DNA of 64,000 nucleotides from Camelus ferus (Eukaryota): positions 98,086,001 through 98,150,000 of the forward strand of contig NC_045696.1 in the NCBI RefSeq assembly GCF_009834535.1, given 5' to 3'. A program made the translations under genes and the position numbers. The notes beneath the pieces were generated by a model that saw only the letters and a program-made list of their open reading frames with translations, had not been told where the DNA came from and did not search any database. Positions within the stretch are counted from its first letter, which is position 1. Every line of letters starts with the position of its first letter. Of this stretch, positions 22,731 through 37,353 are shown piece by piece.

Positions 22731-25334
22731 GTGGGACTTCTCTGGAGCCTTGCTGCTTTGACATAAGTCACTTTATTCTCTCCGGAGTCATTAGGCAATC
22801 TCCAGCAAAAACCGTGCTGCTCAACACACCTGAGGGATATGATCCACCCCTCTGCATAACAGTGCAACTGTCTGTAGGGAAGGAAGGCTGAGTGGGGAGA
22901 AAGGATGGCTCTGGATGACTGAAGCAAGCCCCCAGCAGGTGCCTCTGTGACATCACGATTTCCTCTAGAAAACCTCAGTCAGGCATCTAAACTAACAATA
23001 AAGTAATCTACTGTATAACTAACTAGAAAGGCCCATCTAGTTGGACTTCACTTCATCCTTAGATAAAAATCTTGCTTTGGATAAACCTATGGGTGGTTTT
23101 TAAGGCATGACGTTGTCAGTAAACTTGGTTTTATAGTTTCCTAGCACAACAAAGAAAATCCTCCCCCCCCCCCCGAAATGAGGCCCAAAACAACTTATTA
23201 ACCTCTGAAATTCTTGGTGGCTTGTTTAAAACTCAGCCATAGGTTCCTAAAGACAGAAGCAGCTTGGATGAGGGAGGTGAGACCAAGGCTTGAGGTGGTG
23301 TGGGAAGGAGTGGAGGCATAGAGTGGAGATTCAGAAGGGAAAGGAGACAAAGCACCTGGCGTTTGGGTGGAAATAAGAGAAAGAGCACTGAGATTACTGC
23401 CAGGGCTGACATGCTGGGAGCTGCTGGCAGGGCGGGACTATGGCAGGAGGAGCGAGGCACCCAGGTGCTAAATTTAAGGAGACACCCACAGTCAGGTTCA
23501 TGTGAGTGCCGGGTGGGCCTGAGAGTGAGTGCCTCCTTAGACTTTGCATCTTGGGGTCTTAATTTGCACATCCTAGTCCAGGGCCCTGAGGGTAGAGTGA
23601 AAGGAGAGATACTCCCAGGTTTCTCCAAGACTGTTTCAAATTTACCTCCTTTTTGATTACCCAGAGGTTCTGATAAAAGTCTAAATAGCACAACTTTGGG
23701 AAAGGAAAGTCTCAGATGAATACTGGGCTCATGATGTTGCAAAAAATATATAAATAAAGATCACAGCTTAACAAGGTATAAACATTAGCCATTAAAAAAA
23801 AAAACCACCAGACTTCCTCCAAATTAGGGTCCGTTTATATTCCAGAGGTGAGGTTGGAGAACAGAGATTATTTCCCTCGCGTTTTCCCTCTGCCTTTCTT
23901 CTTTCCTCTTTCAACTCTTCCCTTCTATTCCTTTCTCCCCTTTTCCTTCTGCTCTGTGTGACGCTACTGAAGTGACTGCCCTTCTTGTTTTTAATTCCTT
24001 CCTCCTTCCTTTGCTTCCGTTGCTTATAACAGATTCGGAGGGAAAAAGGAATCAAATATCTGTTTCACAGCCATTTCATAAACAATACCGGCTCCTTTCT
24101 TCTGGTACCACTGGGCAATGAAAAGCACTGTAGGAGGACATTTGTGACAGCAGAGTGATGAATTCATGACGCCTCCATAGCGTCGACTTGAAACAGACCC
24201 ACTGTGTTCTCTGCATTTAGCCGAGGACCAAACCAGAATGAATGCCCACGGGGGCTCAGCTGGATACATGAAACAAAGAGGTTTTCTATTTTGTGATGAA
24301 AAGGAAAATAATTTGGGGGGAAAACCCTACCCAAACTAGAAGAGTTTGTGTTTGTTTCAGCCGAACTGCCTCAAGCCCTGTCATATTCTTCTGTGGACCC
24401 TGATTGTTGCGGAAATGTTTTTAAAGCCTTTCAGGTTTTATTAAACTTCTCCAGAAGTTTATTTCAAAACGAAAGAGTTACTTACATAGCTTTTCCAACT
24501 TTAGATCATATCCAACATTCTTTGCTTTTAAACAACTTGAACTTTTGGAACTTTTTTTTTTAATTGCATTTTGAAGTAGTCTCATCTCATGTAAAAAGGA
24601 TTTTCAGGAATTTATTTTAAAATCTGATAAGGATGAAAATATTCCAGTCTACCACAAGAAGAGGAAGGATTAATGTGGCTTATACCATTCTTCTTTTTCT
24701 TATTTAAAACTTTTCATGATAAAGAGTATGCAACCTATTGCAAAAAGACAGGGAAACAAACTTTCAGCTGGAGCCGGAAGGCTGATGTGTGCTGTTGTGT
24801 AAAACACACACTGCACGATGCTGGGGACTCCATTCACATCAGGGCTTTTGTATGTTGGTGTATCTATAATAATTTCCTAGCAAATAGCTTGGAAATGTTT
24901 TGGGGAAGGGGCTCCCCCTTCACCCTCCAATTTCCAAAAAGGTGCCATTTGGGAAAGCAGTGGCCCTGGTGCTGAGTTAATATTTAAAAGGTGTATTTTT
25001 GCTCCTTTGGTCCTAGGCCTCAAGCTGAACTGAAATGATTAATCTGGATTGGTTGTATCCTGCTGTGCTTAAACTTCGGAGCTTTCTCACAACTTGTGGA
25101 TCATTCCAAAACAAACAAACAAACAAATCAAAAAAAAAAAAAAAAAAAAGAAAAAGAAAAGAAAAGAAAAAAGAAACCTGGGGTATTTACGTTCTTCAGT
25201 TGCCTTGTTTTCATTTGCTTTCTCCTGAGCCTGAACTGCTTCTTGCTGGGTTCCTCTTCTTAGTCTGTATTTTATGCCAGATGCTGTTCTCAGCTTTTGA
25301 TGGATAGCTAGCTATTGAATCTTATACCCTTTTT

Positions 25335-25460
25335 AAAGGATGAAGCATCTAAGGCCCAGAGAGGATAAGTAATTGGCCTGTGGTGACACAGCCAGTCAGT
25401 GGCAGACTCAGAGTTTGAACCCAGGTAACGTGTCACCAAGTTTCCTGCTTTTAACCACTC
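25335..25460 (-). mobile_element. MIR SINE
   Basis: AAGGCCCAGAGAGGATAAGTAATTGGCCTG...GTGGCAGACTCAGAGTTTGAACCCAGG. Confidence 0.8.
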
Positions 25461-25999
25461 TGTTCTTCTCTTCTGAGTTGGTCTCTTTTCCCTGAAGCCT
25501 GTACCACTGTCCGAAGCCCTGTTTTGAATCACTCTGGCCATCCATTGACCCAGGGTAGATCTACCCTCCTTTTATGCCACTCAGTTCCATCTCCTCTGGG
25601 CACTGTCATTTGGTGCCTTGCCACACCTCCTTGAGGACCAGCCTAATTTAGATCAATTCCCTTGGCCCTGGTAACCCTTCAATTCCAATTTTCTGCCATT
25701 CTCTACTGTGCCACAGCTGAGGTCTCAGCAAGCCTGCTGGTGGACCCCACTCACCTCGTGACAGATGAAGATGGGCGGGGCAATTGCTCTTGAGGGCTGT
25801 GGAATTCCTGTTTTTTTTGTTTTTTTTTTTTAAATCTTGCCAGTGTGGCAAAGCCTCAGGGGTTTGCTGCTGTGCTGCACTGGCCAGGGTGTGGGGAAAC
25901 AGGAAGCCTCTTTGTTGATGGGAAGATAAATTGGTGCAACTGCTCTAGAGGGCAATTTGGCAACCTGTGCCACATGCATTCCAACTCTAGTTAGACTCT

Positions 26000-26725
26000 G
26001 ACCACATTTTAGTGCCTCTGCCCCTGCCATCCAGGTCTGAGTCCACATATCTCTCATCTGGGCTACCTCAACAGCCTCCTCTTCCACCTCCCTGCTGCCA
26101 TTCTTGCCCCCAACGTCTATTCTCAACACACGTGTAGAGTAAGTATTTTAAAACCGAAGCCAGATTATGCCACACGTCTTGCTCAGATCCTTCCATTGGC
26201 TTCACATTAAATTAAGTGCAAAAGCCTAATTCCTTTAATGGGCTGTAAGGCCCTAAGTAAGTTGGCCCCATACCTCTCAATCTTATCTCTTACTCTGTTC
26301 TTCTAGCTCCCTCTGCTCCAGCCACACTGGCCTACTTGTTTTTCCTTGAACATATCAGAAACCCTTCCATTCTAGAACCTTTGTGTGGGATGTTGCTTGT
26401 TCCGGGAACAGTCTTCCCCAGATACCTGCAGAGCCACATCCCTTACTTCTTTCAGGTCTTCGATGAAATACTACCAACTCAATGGGGCCTTCACTCATCA
26501 CTTGATTTAAAATTGCACCCTCCTGATCTCATTCCCTTTTACTTTTCTCTATCTCTACAGCTATTAGCATCTTCTAACATACTGTATGACTGATATTTAT
26601 TTTGGTTTTGTCTGCTTCTTTCCATGAGAATGTAAGCTCCACAAGGGCAGAAATTAATTTTTCTGTTTTGTTTATCGACTGTGCCTGGCAAGATGTCAAA
26701 TCAATGTCTATTCATAAATACATTT
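26000..26725 (+). mobile_element. L2 3' portion
   Basis: CTCTGCTCCAGCCACACTGGCCT, GAATGTAAGCTCCACAAGGGCAG, GTGCCTGGCA; flanked by old L1 fragments (~25830-25990, ~26730-26880). Confidence 0.85.
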
Positions 26726-27041
26726 TTAAAGTATCTATCAGATATTTAAAAAAATTCATTGATTGGTGTTTGACTCAGCAGTTCCTCTTCTAGGAGTTTA
26801 CTCGATGACACACGTGTGCACAAAGTGACATAAACACTAACAGCCACTGAACATTGTTTACTGTATGAAAAGACTGAGCAGCTATCCCAGGAGACTGAGT
26901 GTCACCTGAAGGGGCTGTTTAAGGGGTTGGACCGAGTGTCAAATCAAACAGGAATAAAAGTTGATTTGTGTCCCACTACCTCCTAGAAAGTGGGGGCTGA
27001 TGTGCAGACCACATTGGTTATAGTCAAAACTACATTTTCTT

Positions 27042-27436
27042 ATCACACTAAGTGAAGTTAAGTCAGACACAGAAAGACAAATATCATATGATATCATTTG
27101 TATGTGGAATCTACAAAACTTGTGCAAATGAATTTATTTACAAAACAGAAACAGACTCACAGACATAGAAAACAAACTCATGGTTACCAAAGGGGAAAGG
27201 GAGGAGAAAGGGATAAATTAGGATTTGGGATTACCAGACACAAACTACTATGTATAAAATAGATAAACAACAAAGTCTTACTGTATAGTACAGGGAACTA
27301 TATTCAATATTCTTATAATAACCTATAATGAAAAAGAATATGAAAAAGAATGCATATATACATATAACTGAATCACTATGCTGTACACCAGAAACTAACA
27401 CAGCGTTGTAAATCAACTATGCTTCAATTTAAAAAA
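27042..27436 (+). mobile_element. 5'-truncated L1 (ORF2 end and 3'UTR, L1_Art-like) with TSD
   Basis: CTAAGTGAAG...GACAAATATCATATGATATC...GCTGTACACCAGAAACTAACACA; TSD AAAACTACATTTTCTT (27026-41) / AAAACTCTATATTTTCTT (27433-50). Confidence 0.9.
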
Positions 27437-28169
27437 CTCTATATTTTCTTTGCCTGAGCAAAAACTTGGACTATATACCTGTGTGGAGTTGTACTTTTCT
27501 TGTTCCTTCCAAATAAGTGAATAAGCTTCAAAGTTGAGAACAAAGAAGTGTTCACATGCTAAAGAGAGCTGCCAACAATTAAGGACAGACACTTCTCTTT
27601 GGGCTTCCTTAGAGGTGCAAAACTGGTGCTGTCCCTTCAATCAGCTCCTCTGCCCCCACATGCTTATATAAAAAGATTATGGAATAATTACACTGGTCAA
27701 GGTTCTGTCCCCTGAGATATAGGGAAGGTGCTCCAGAAGACTCACTCTTAGGGATGGGGCTCCTATAAGAAGTGGCATTTCCTCTCTTGGCTGGATGCAG
27801 TTCCACATGCAGGCTTACTGTGGTCTAACCATTGGAGTGAGGTCTTCTACTTGGGAGAGCTTCACAGGTGCTCCAGGGGTTTGGAGGTAATTTGAACCCA
27901 GTGACTATGGCTTATCTGGGGATTTCTGCAAGCAGGAAGCCTGCAGGGGTCATCCACTGCAGAGAGATGAGAAGCAATGGGGGGTTTGCATGGGAAGAGG
28001 AAGGGGGTGACCCCACCTGCAGCTCTCCATGCCCTTGGGAAAAATGGAAGATGAATTCACAGAGGTACTGGATCTTCACATGAAAGAGTGTGAGGGTGCG
28101 AGCCAAGAGTGCAGGCCAGGAGGGTCTCCAGGTGCTTCTGGGCCGACGGGGTGTGCAGGGCTAGGGGGC

Positions 28170-28570
28170 TGTATTAGTTTGCTAGGGCTATCATAACAAG
28201 ATGCCACAGACTGGGAGGCTTACACCACATAATTTACTTTCTCACAGTTGTGAAAGCCAGAAGTCCAAGATCAAGGTGTCGCCAGATTTGGTGTCTTGTG
28301 AAGTTTTTCTCCTTGGCTTCAAGAGGGGTGCCTTCTCCCTGTGTTTCCACATGGCCTTTTCTTTCTGTGTGTGCAGCCCTGGTATCTCTTCCTGTGTCTA
28401 ACTTTCCTCTTCTTAAAGGGACAACAATCAGATTGGATTAGGGTTCCACCCTAACAGCTTCGTTTTAATACCTGTGTAAAGACCCTATTTCTGAACATAG
28501 TCACATTCTGAGGTATTGGAGTTTTGGGTTTCAATACATAAGTTTTGGGGGGACAATTTAGCTCATAACA
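28170..28570 (-). mobile_element. MaLR solo LTR (MLT1B-like)
   Basis: TGTATTAGTTTGCTAGGGCT...AGAAGTCCAAGATCAAGGTGTC...CTCATAACA; TG/CA ends; 5-bp TSD GGGGC/GGGAC. Confidence 0.9.
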
Positions 28571-30914
28571 GGGACTTAATTTTTTATGGGGGCTGAAGGG
28601 AGACAGAGCTACCACTCTCTGAGGTGGCTCTCAACAATAGAGGAAGACACGGGGAAGCTGAGTACCATTTCAAGAAAATTATCGCACCCATGGGGAGACC
28701 TCCCCATCAGCAAAGGCTACCAGTAGCAGGTGGAACTAAATTGAGCCAGAGAAAGACTAGAGGACCCTCCCAAACATCCAGAAGTTGCCAGTAATATAAG
28801 AGTCTGCTCTTCTCTTATTCTTCCTAATCCCTTCCCCTGCACTATCCTCCGCACTACCCACCCCCGCCCCACCTTCATCTAGAATGCCTGATCCGGAAAA
28901 GCAACCAGACTCTTTTCTGCTTCCTCCATTCAATGAAAGAAGTTCTTCCCAACTCCAAGTCCTCTGAGGCAATGCCAAGTCTTCACTGGGAGAAGAGAGG
29001 AGATGAGATTTAAATTGACTATGAGGTGGGGATTTTAAACAAATTAAAATGAAGTTTAACTGAAAATGGGAAGAAAGTTAAGGACATGCCTAAGCCATTG
29101 TATGGGAGGAGAAAGGAGATTCTTCAGAGCTCAGTTGAATGTAGTCCTTGAAAAAAAATAAAGCTATCTCAATTTAAATACCAAGTTGATATTTCTCAAT
29201 AAACTGGATATCTCTTTATATAAACAAAGGAGCACGTCTTGGAAAACACAACAAACTGGTTTTAGTAGTTATCTCTGGGAAAGGAGAATCTGGGATGGGA
29301 TTTGGTGTGAGAAGAAAAAGTATTGTTCGCTAGATACCTTTTTGAACTTAAAAAAAAAATCATGTGCATGTATTACTTAAAAAAACTCAAACAATTTAAA
29401 ACTAAAGTAATTAGGACAGTATGATACTAACAGAGCAAAGACTGAGTTAAGAAATTGCCCCCAAAGATATAAGTTAATTCCATATGTGTTAAAGGAGTTT
29501 CTCACCAGTGGGAAAAAATAATTATTGGAAGCTAAACCAGAGAAACTGTAATGGAAAGAAGGTGAGGTTTGCTGGGTGTGAGGAGAAAACCTTTTCTATG
29601 CATTTGGAGAGTGACCTGTAGAAGATGGAGTAAGAGAGACTTGGACCAGAGCTCCAGTGTCAGAAAACAATGTGATCCACTGATGCTGTTGCTTGAAGGG
29701 AGATAAATGTTGTGACAGATGCCTGTAAAGAGTTTGGCAAGGAATGGGGTTCCATTTGGTGTGATGCATTTCAAGGTTAAGCTCTTTTGTGTCATGTAGA
29801 TGTGGCATGTTTTTGGCTCACTGCTGAAGCTTGGGGTTTGGGATTTATATAATTGTGGAAGGCATTAAGTCAAGAGGCAATGCACAATGATTTGGCCGGT
29901 GACATTTGATGTAATTCTGCACACATATGTTCAAGCGATAGAAATCACTGCCAAAATACCAGGAAAACATTCCAGCAAAATAGGAAGGAAACAGAGAGGG
30001 GTCTCTCTTTATGTTAACACGTGTTAAGTTTATGCATATATTGTTCATTTCCCCTTGTATGATTAATTCTAGTCTTGGTGTGTCGAGTAAATAAAAACTG
30101 TGAGATCACACGATTGTGAAATCATACACAATGTACAGACAGTGGCTTAAGAGTGGGATGATAACCTCATCATCTTCCTGAGACTGAACTAAGCCTGGAC
30201 TGAAGGAGTTCTGATGAAATGAAGTGCAAAACTGGGCATCAGACCAGACGCAATAAATGTAGTTAGTCCACGCTAATGCCTGCCACAGTTGTTTTCCCTG
30301 ATATTCAAAGAGGTGAAAGGGGAAAACTATACAGTAGTAATATAAACAGTCAGGAATGTGGGTCTCTGCCTTGTTTTAAGAGTCTTTGCCATTGAGGAGC
30401 ACACTCCAAGGAGTCTATTGGATTTTTTTTTTTTAAATGCAGCTGTTGGCCTATCTTGATGCTTGTTACTCGTTCAAGCCATTGCATCTGATGGGGTCAG
30501 GCCAGTTATGTTGCATAGGGAGTGTCTCCCTAAGGAAGGACTCATATATCATCCCTGCTTGGCTCATGTACACACTATTTCCGTTGGATTTTCAAATGGG
30601 AGATTTTTTTGTTTGTTTATTTAAAGCCTGGATTGGGTGAGATGTCAGGAAGCTACTGTTTCCCCAGACTTAACATTTCAGCCTTTTTGGTGAGACTCAT
30701 AGCTCTGAAAAGTATTTGTTTTTGGAGAATCATCTGCAGAAAGGCTAGAGCATGTCAACTGTGGGGAGCTGGAGAAGAGGTTGCCAGCAAAGAGGGAGGA
30801 AACAGGTTCTCCAGCCTGCCCTGGTGAGGTGTAGGCTCACTTGATGTTCAGAGGTCAAGGGTTGTGTTGAGCATTTTAAAAACAATATAAAATAGTGGAG
30901 GGTAGACATACTAG

Positions 30915-31515
30915 ATATTGGTTATCTTTTTTCTATTCACCATTTTTTCCTTATTTATGGGTAATGTATTCCCAATTTCCTTCTGAGGAGCTTCTTCTAC
31001 TGTCAATGAAGGTGCTTTGACTGGGGATGAGTCCCCTTCAGCTCCAGGAGTGGGCGCCTGACGCAGGTCTAAGTCAGTTAATAAACTCCACTGGGTCTCT
31101 GTGATTGCCTCAGACTTCAGGAAAAGGCTCGGGGCTCTCAAGTGGAGCCAGTCAGAGTGAAGCCCTGAACCTGGGTAGGGCTGACTGATGAGGAGAGCAG
31201 CTCTCTCTCTTCTGAGGGATTTGAATAAGGAAGGAGGTCATAGGCTGAAACTGTTTTAGACATCTTGCCCCTTTGTGGGGAGCAGTGGTGAAGTCTGTCT
31301 GGAATGTAGCAACACAGTGCAGGCATGGAGAACAGGGTCCTGATGAAAGCTTTTGAAATTTCTAACTTAGTTATACCTGAAGCCAAGACTGCAGATTGAT
31401 CTTTTCAGTAATGTAAATTAATATATTCCACTCTTTATCCAAACCTTGATTTTGTTTCAGCCATTTTGAGTGAGGGCTTCTGTCACAAGTAATAGAAGGA
31501 TTCCTATCTGTTACT
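30915..31515 (+). mobile_element. MaLR LTR (MLT1K-like)
   Basis: GCCAGTCAGAGTGAAGCCC, GGGTCCTGATGA, TACCTGAAGCCA, CTTCTGTCACAAG...GATTCCTA. Confidence 0.6.
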
Positions 31516-31519
31516 GTAA

Positions 31520-33020
31520 AGTATTATAAGGAGATTATGAGAAAAACTTGAGATGCAGGAAGAAATTAAAAGGAAAAATAGAATCTAAATATGACAATTG
31601 AATCTCAAAGGCAAAAGGTTGGGAGCTAAAATTATGGATAAAATGGTGATTTAAAATAAAGATATAAAGAAAGATTAAAAATATAATAGTAAAAGAAGAA
31701 ATGAACATAAAAGGCAAAGCCCCATGGTATAAAAGCTTAGAACATTAAAGTAGAGGGGATTAAGGATTAAGAAAAGGAACTGGAAACAATAAAGATAAAA
31801 TGGAAGAAGAAAAACCTCAGAAGAATAAAAATGATTATGAAGAAATATTTAAAAAACAAAAGCAAAAATCTTAAAGATTAGAGAGTGACAGGGAAAAAAA
31901 AAAAAACAGTCCAAAGTAAATCGGTGAGGATCCACACAAAATTCAAGGTGGTGGTTGAAAAAATTCTGTTGATGGGATGTTATTCAGTGGGGCAAAGAGC
32001 CAAGAAGGCAGAAAGCCCATAGCTTGAGCAGTTATCTGTAAATACACAAGGTTTGTCTGCTTACTACTGACAAATGGCAGGACAGTGGGGAAAAAAAAGC
32101 CTTCACATCCTTGGGAAACAGGAAAAGTTAGTATCACTCATCTCCCTCCACCACCACACACACGGTTGGTCCAGTTTTTTAATGGCTGGTCTGAAAATCT
32201 GGCACATTTATGCATAGAACCGACAGAGCCTAGTCATAGTCAATTAGACAATTGGCAGAAAAAGCAGGGAGTCACTCAATACATTTTTTCCAAACAATTT
32301 TCTTTGAAAGGAGAAATACTTGGAGAATATGCCAGCAATAAAATAGCCCGGCTATAACTGCCAAACAGGAAACTGAAAATTGAAAAATGAGATTATTCAA
32401 AATGAGCATTTCATACTCATCAAAATTCTGAAACTACTAAGTATTATTGAAAATGAGGGGAAGTAGATACTCACACACTGCTGGTGGCAATATAAATTGA
32501 TATACCACTCGAGAGCAATTTGACTATAGCTATAATAATTGAACATCCCTTTACACTTAGATATATGTCTTAGAGAATGCTTACAAATATACATAATTAG
32601 ACATACAACAATGCTCTTTGGAGTATTACTTGAAACAATCAAAATATATGTGCAACATATTAACAGAGGAGAGAATAAAAATTGTGATGTATTGAATATA
32701 CAGAGCAGTTAAAATGAATAAACTATTGTTTGAGCATCAATGTGAATAATTATAGAAAACAGTGTTAAATGAAAAAAATTAGTTGCAGAGTCATAGAATA
32801 GGCTAGTATTTAGGTAAATCCTTTAGAACACCCCACACTATTATTTTTACTTTGTGACAAGTACACTTGTAGTGAAAGGATAAAAACATGGAGAGAAACA
32901 AGAGAATACAACAGAGCAACACCATATTCAGAGCAGGGGAACAAGGAAGGATGAAGGATTTGGGAAGGTTACAAAGAGACTTTCTTATGTAACTATAATG
33001 TTCTTTTACTTAAGCCTGGT
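31520..33020 (+). mobile_element. Degenerate old L1 fragments
   Basis: A-rich ORF1-like segment ~31520-31930; CTCACACACTGCTGGTGGCAATATAAATTG...GAGCAATTTG ORF2-end/3'UTR segment ~32380-33020. Confidence 0.55.
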
Positions 33021-33344
33021 GCGGATGGGATAGAAGTGAGAGAGGAGAGAACGGCACTGTGGGATGACAGTGGCTGCTCCACTTTTTGATTGGCAGTGTC
33101 TTTGCATTTCGGAGCCAGGGCAGACAGTGGGGAGGGGCAGAGCATCTTTCTACCTTCTTTTCAGCCATCAGGTTTTCTGCAACCCAGTGCCAACACATTC
33201 ATGGGTCACCAATTCTATTTCACAGTCCAATTCTAAGGGCTTTACAGATAGTGGCCATTTCTTCCAGATTTTGGCAATTAATTGCCACTTCTAGTTTTCA
33301 CTGCTGTGAGTTGCCATCATTTTCTGGGGGTCTTTTTAAGTATC

Positions 33345-33743
33345 TGTATTAGTCTGAGTAGAGTAGGCTATGCTGTAGTAATAAACAAACATCCAAATCT
33401 CAGTGGCTTAATTCAATGAAGGTTTCTTTCTAGCTCCTGTATTGTCAATGCAGATATTCTTGGTCAGGCGGCTTTCCGGGTGGTTTTCCTCCTAGCAGTG
33501 TACTCATTTATCTAGGTTCTTCCATCTTCTTAGCAATAGGGATGGAGGGAAAAAGATGGTGGCAGATTATGAAGGATGTTTAATGGCCAGTTCTGAAAGC
33601 GGTGTACTGCACCTTGAGCCAATACCACCAGTCAGAATTCAGTCACACAGTTCCACCTAGATGCAAGGGGGTCCAGGGAATGTAACCTTTCTCTGTGCCT
33701 GAGAGGAAAACAGTTTGGAGGATAGCATGGTCTAGCTATCACA
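33345..33743 (-). mobile_element. MaLR LTR (MLT1I/J-like)
   Basis: TGTATTAGTC...TAGGCTATGCTGTAGTAATAAACAA...AAATCTCAGTGGCTTAA...CAGAATTCAGTCACA...GCAAGGGGG. Confidence 0.75.
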
Positions 33744-34559
33744 TTTTATTAAGAATATAAGGCAGAACTTAAAACCATCACTTTTTTTTTTAACTTTTGC
33801 TTTTAATTTTTTACTTAGTTATTATTGATCATGTGATAAGCACCTCCAAACTCACTGCCCAAAAGAAGAGCAAGGACCTTGACAATATCCTGCAAGCAAC
33901 TATGTGGTCTTCTTTCCTACATCCCCTGACTCTCTACACAAGATAACTATCATCCTGAAACTGCATTGATCATTCTATTGTTTTCCTTTTTTTTTTTTTT
34001 AAATTAACCCTTTATCTTGAGATAATTCTAGATTCAAACACAGTTGTAAGAAATAAGATAGAGCAATCCTGTGTGCCCTTTACCCAGATTCTCCCAATGG
34101 CAACATCTTGAAAAATTTACTACAATATCATAACCAGGATACTAACATTGATGCAGTCAAAATATAGAACATTTCCACCATCACAAGGATCAGTTATATT
34201 GTGACTATACCCTTTTATAGTCATATCTAACTTCTTTCCGGCCCTCAATCCCGCCTTAGTCCCTGGCAACCACTAGATTGTTCCCTATTTCCATAATTTT
34301 GTCATTTTAAGAATGTTAGATAAATGGAACCACTTCCTTTTGGGATTTGGGTTTTTTGAAATCAGTGTAATTCTTTGGAGGTTCATTCAGATTGTTGCTT
34401 ATACCAATAGTCCATTCCCTTTTTGTTTACCAGTACTATTCCGTGGTATGGATGTACTGCAGTTTGTTTAGGTATTTATCCACTGAATAACAGCTGGACT
34501 GTTTTCACTTTGAGCTATACAAATAAAGCTGCTATGAATATCCACGTAAACACTTTTTT

Positions 34560-34560
<1 letters not shown>

Positions 34561-34597
<37 letters not shown>
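34561..34597. repeat. (GT)18 microsatellite
   Basis: Perfect dinucleotide run. Confidence 0.95.
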
Positions 34598-34599
<2 letters not shown>

Positions 34600-37127
34600 C
34601 GTTAAGTCTTCCTTTCCCTGGGGTAAACGTCCAGGAGTGCAGTTGGTGATTGCATGTTTTAGCTATTCTAGTTCCCTTGCCTTTCTATATAAACTTTAAA
34701 ACAAAGTTTATATCTTTATTTTGTATCTTTATTTTTTGTAGATAGTAACTTGTTTACATCTACAAAAAGTCTTCCAGGGATTTGATGGAAATTGCTTTAA
34801 ACCTGTATATCAGTGTGAGGAGAATGCTGAATCCTCCAGTCCATGAACCTGGTGTGCCTCACCTCTTATTTAGAACTTCTTTGATTTATTTCATTAGAGT
34901 TTTGTAGTTTTCAGCATACAAGTCTCGTAAAGATTTTGTTAGATTTACATGTAATTTTTTTTGTGCAATTTTAATAATATATTTTTAATTTCAGTGTCCA
35001 CATGTGTTTATTAAGTAAACAGAAATAGAATTGATATTTCTATGTTTATCTTGTATCTTGAATTCACTTATTAGTTCTAGGAGTTTGTTTGTCTTTTTAA
35101 TCCCTAGGGATATTCTATGTAGACAATTATATCCTCTGCAATAGGGACACTTTTTAATATCTTCCTTTCTGATCTGTATGCTTTTATTTCATTTTCTTGC
35201 ATTTTTGCACTGGTTAGACCTTTCAGTACTATCTGGTATAAGTATCTGAGAACAGATACCCTTGCCCTGTTCCTAATTGTTAAGAGAAAAGTATCAATCC
35301 TTCACCATTGGTGTATTAGCTGTCAGTTTTTTTGGTTTTGCTTTGTTTTATAGACGTTCTAAGGTCCCCTCTGTATTCCTATTTTTCTAAGAGTTTTTGT
35401 AATAAATGAGTATTAAATTTTGCCAAAATTTTTTTCTGCATCTATGGATATAATCCTGGGGTTTTTCATTTGGGAGTTTGTTAAATGCCACTTGGCTATG
35501 GTATATATCTTTTTACATACTGTTGAATTCTACTTGCTAATATTTTATTAAGAATTTTTGCATCTATATTTGTGAGAGATATTGGCCTATAGATATTTTC
35601 TTCATACTATCTTTGGCTTTGGTATCAGGGTAATATTGGCTTTGTAAATAAATTGGGAAGTATCTGCTCCTCTTCTGTTCTGTGCCTTTTGTTAGAAGAT
35701 ATTTTATAGAATTCGAAACTAAGGTTCTGCTTCATTTTTCAGTCAATTTTTTCCCCACCATTTAGGTTACGTAATTTATTTTTATTTTATTCTATTTTAT
35801 ACTTGTCTGTCTATTCTGCTGTGGATCCCATTCATTGAGGTTAAACATTTTTTTCTGAATTCTAAAATTTCCATTAGTTCCTCTTTTTATCTTCTGTTTC
35901 TTTGCTGATACTTCCTATTTTTTCATTGTTTCAAGTGTGCTTCTGATCACTCACTGAAGCAGTTTTTATCATGGCTGTTTTACAATCTTTATCAGATAAT
36001 ACATTTCTTTCATCTCTGTCTTTCCAACTGTTGTCTTTCTCATTCAGGTTTAGATCTTCTTGGGTTTGGTATGATGAGTGATTTTCAAATCAAACCTGGA
36101 CATTTTGGGTATCACATTATGAGATTCTGGATCTTACTTAAACTTTCTGTTTTATTTGGCTTCCTCTGACACCTCTCTGACAGGGTAAGTGAAGACGCCA
36201 TCTCATTACTGCCAGGTAGGTAGAAGTCCAGGGTTCTTACTTGGCCTTGCTGACACCCAAGGGTGGGGTTCCTAGTTGCTGCTGGGTAGAATTGGAGTTC
36301 TGACTCCTCACTAGGCCTCCACCGATACTTGCCTGGCAGAGAGGGGCATGAATACCTCATTAGTGCTCCTCATGTGGCCTGCACTGACACCACGGTGGCA
36401 GGAGTAGCTTCCTTACTGCTGGGTGGTGGAGAACATCCTGAACCTCCCCAAGGCTTCCTCTCATATCACCACAGTGAAGAGAGGAAGGCACATTCTATTA
36501 CTGCCTGGCTAGAAGGGAAATCCAAGTCCCCTATGTTGTCTCCACTGAACCCACTGGGCGACTTCATTACCTTAGGTTGGAGATGAAAGTATTGCCTTCC
36601 TACTTTGCCGACTTTGACACCATCCCTGTGGGCAGTTTGGAGTTCCTTGTTACAATATGATGGGGCAGAGCTGGGTGTGGGGTGTGGTGCCGTGAAGGGC
36701 AGGAGGTGTAAAGGTGTGGGAGTGTGAGGGGGTGGAAGTCTAGACCCCCCACCCCCCAGTCTTTGCTGGCATGGGTTGGACCACAGTTTTTCTGTAGTGT
36801 TTAGCTGGAATAGCACAGTTATTGCCTACAAGTTTTCTGTCTTGCTAAACTGCCCCTTTCTTGGTTTCTTGGCTAGGAAGTGTAGGCTTTTGTTGGAGCT
36901 TTTTCACTCCGTGTCCACTGGTGTTTCTGTGTTGCTGGCTTCTCCAGCTTTAAGTCTGGTACATAGAAATCAGAAAAACAAAAAACAAAAAACAAACAAA
37001 CAAAAAACAACCCAGGGAACTCACCAGCATTTTCTTCCTTGAGCCCAACATCCCTAGATGGCGTGCCTTCTTCTCTGCACCTTTTGGGTCTTCTTAAGTT
37101 TATATGTATGCATGTATGTATTGTTTC

Positions 37128-37353
37128 AAATTTAGATATAATTGACACATAATGTATTAGTTTCAGGTGTACAACATAATGATTTTATATTTGGATATAT
37201 TGTGAACCTATCACCACAATACATCTAGTTATCATGCACTGCCATACACAGAAAATATTTTTCTTGCATTGAGGATTTTAAGATTTACCCTCTTAGCAAC
37301 TTTCAAATAGGCAACACAGTATTATTAACTATATTCACCATGCTATATACATC
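37128..37353 (-). mobile_element. L1 3'UTR terminal piece (L1MA9-like); left arm of the composite insertion
   Basis: Minus strand GATGTATATAGCATGGTGAATATAGTTAATAATACTGTG...TGTTGTACACCTGAAACTAATAC...CAATTATATCT; decayed T-rich tail ~37100-37127. Confidence 0.9.

Noticed and set aside
23233..23742. 169-aa minus-strand ORF
   Set aside because: No recognisable domain, non-ATG start and no supporting splice structure; probably chance.
25108..25175. Long A-rich run as the tail of a retrocopy
   Set aside because: No upstream SINE, L1 or mRNA homology recognised and no clear TSD; treated as a simple repeat.
25943..25958. CTCF-like CTCTAGAGGGCAAT
   Set aside because: Poor 5' match and lies in a degenerate L1 fragment.
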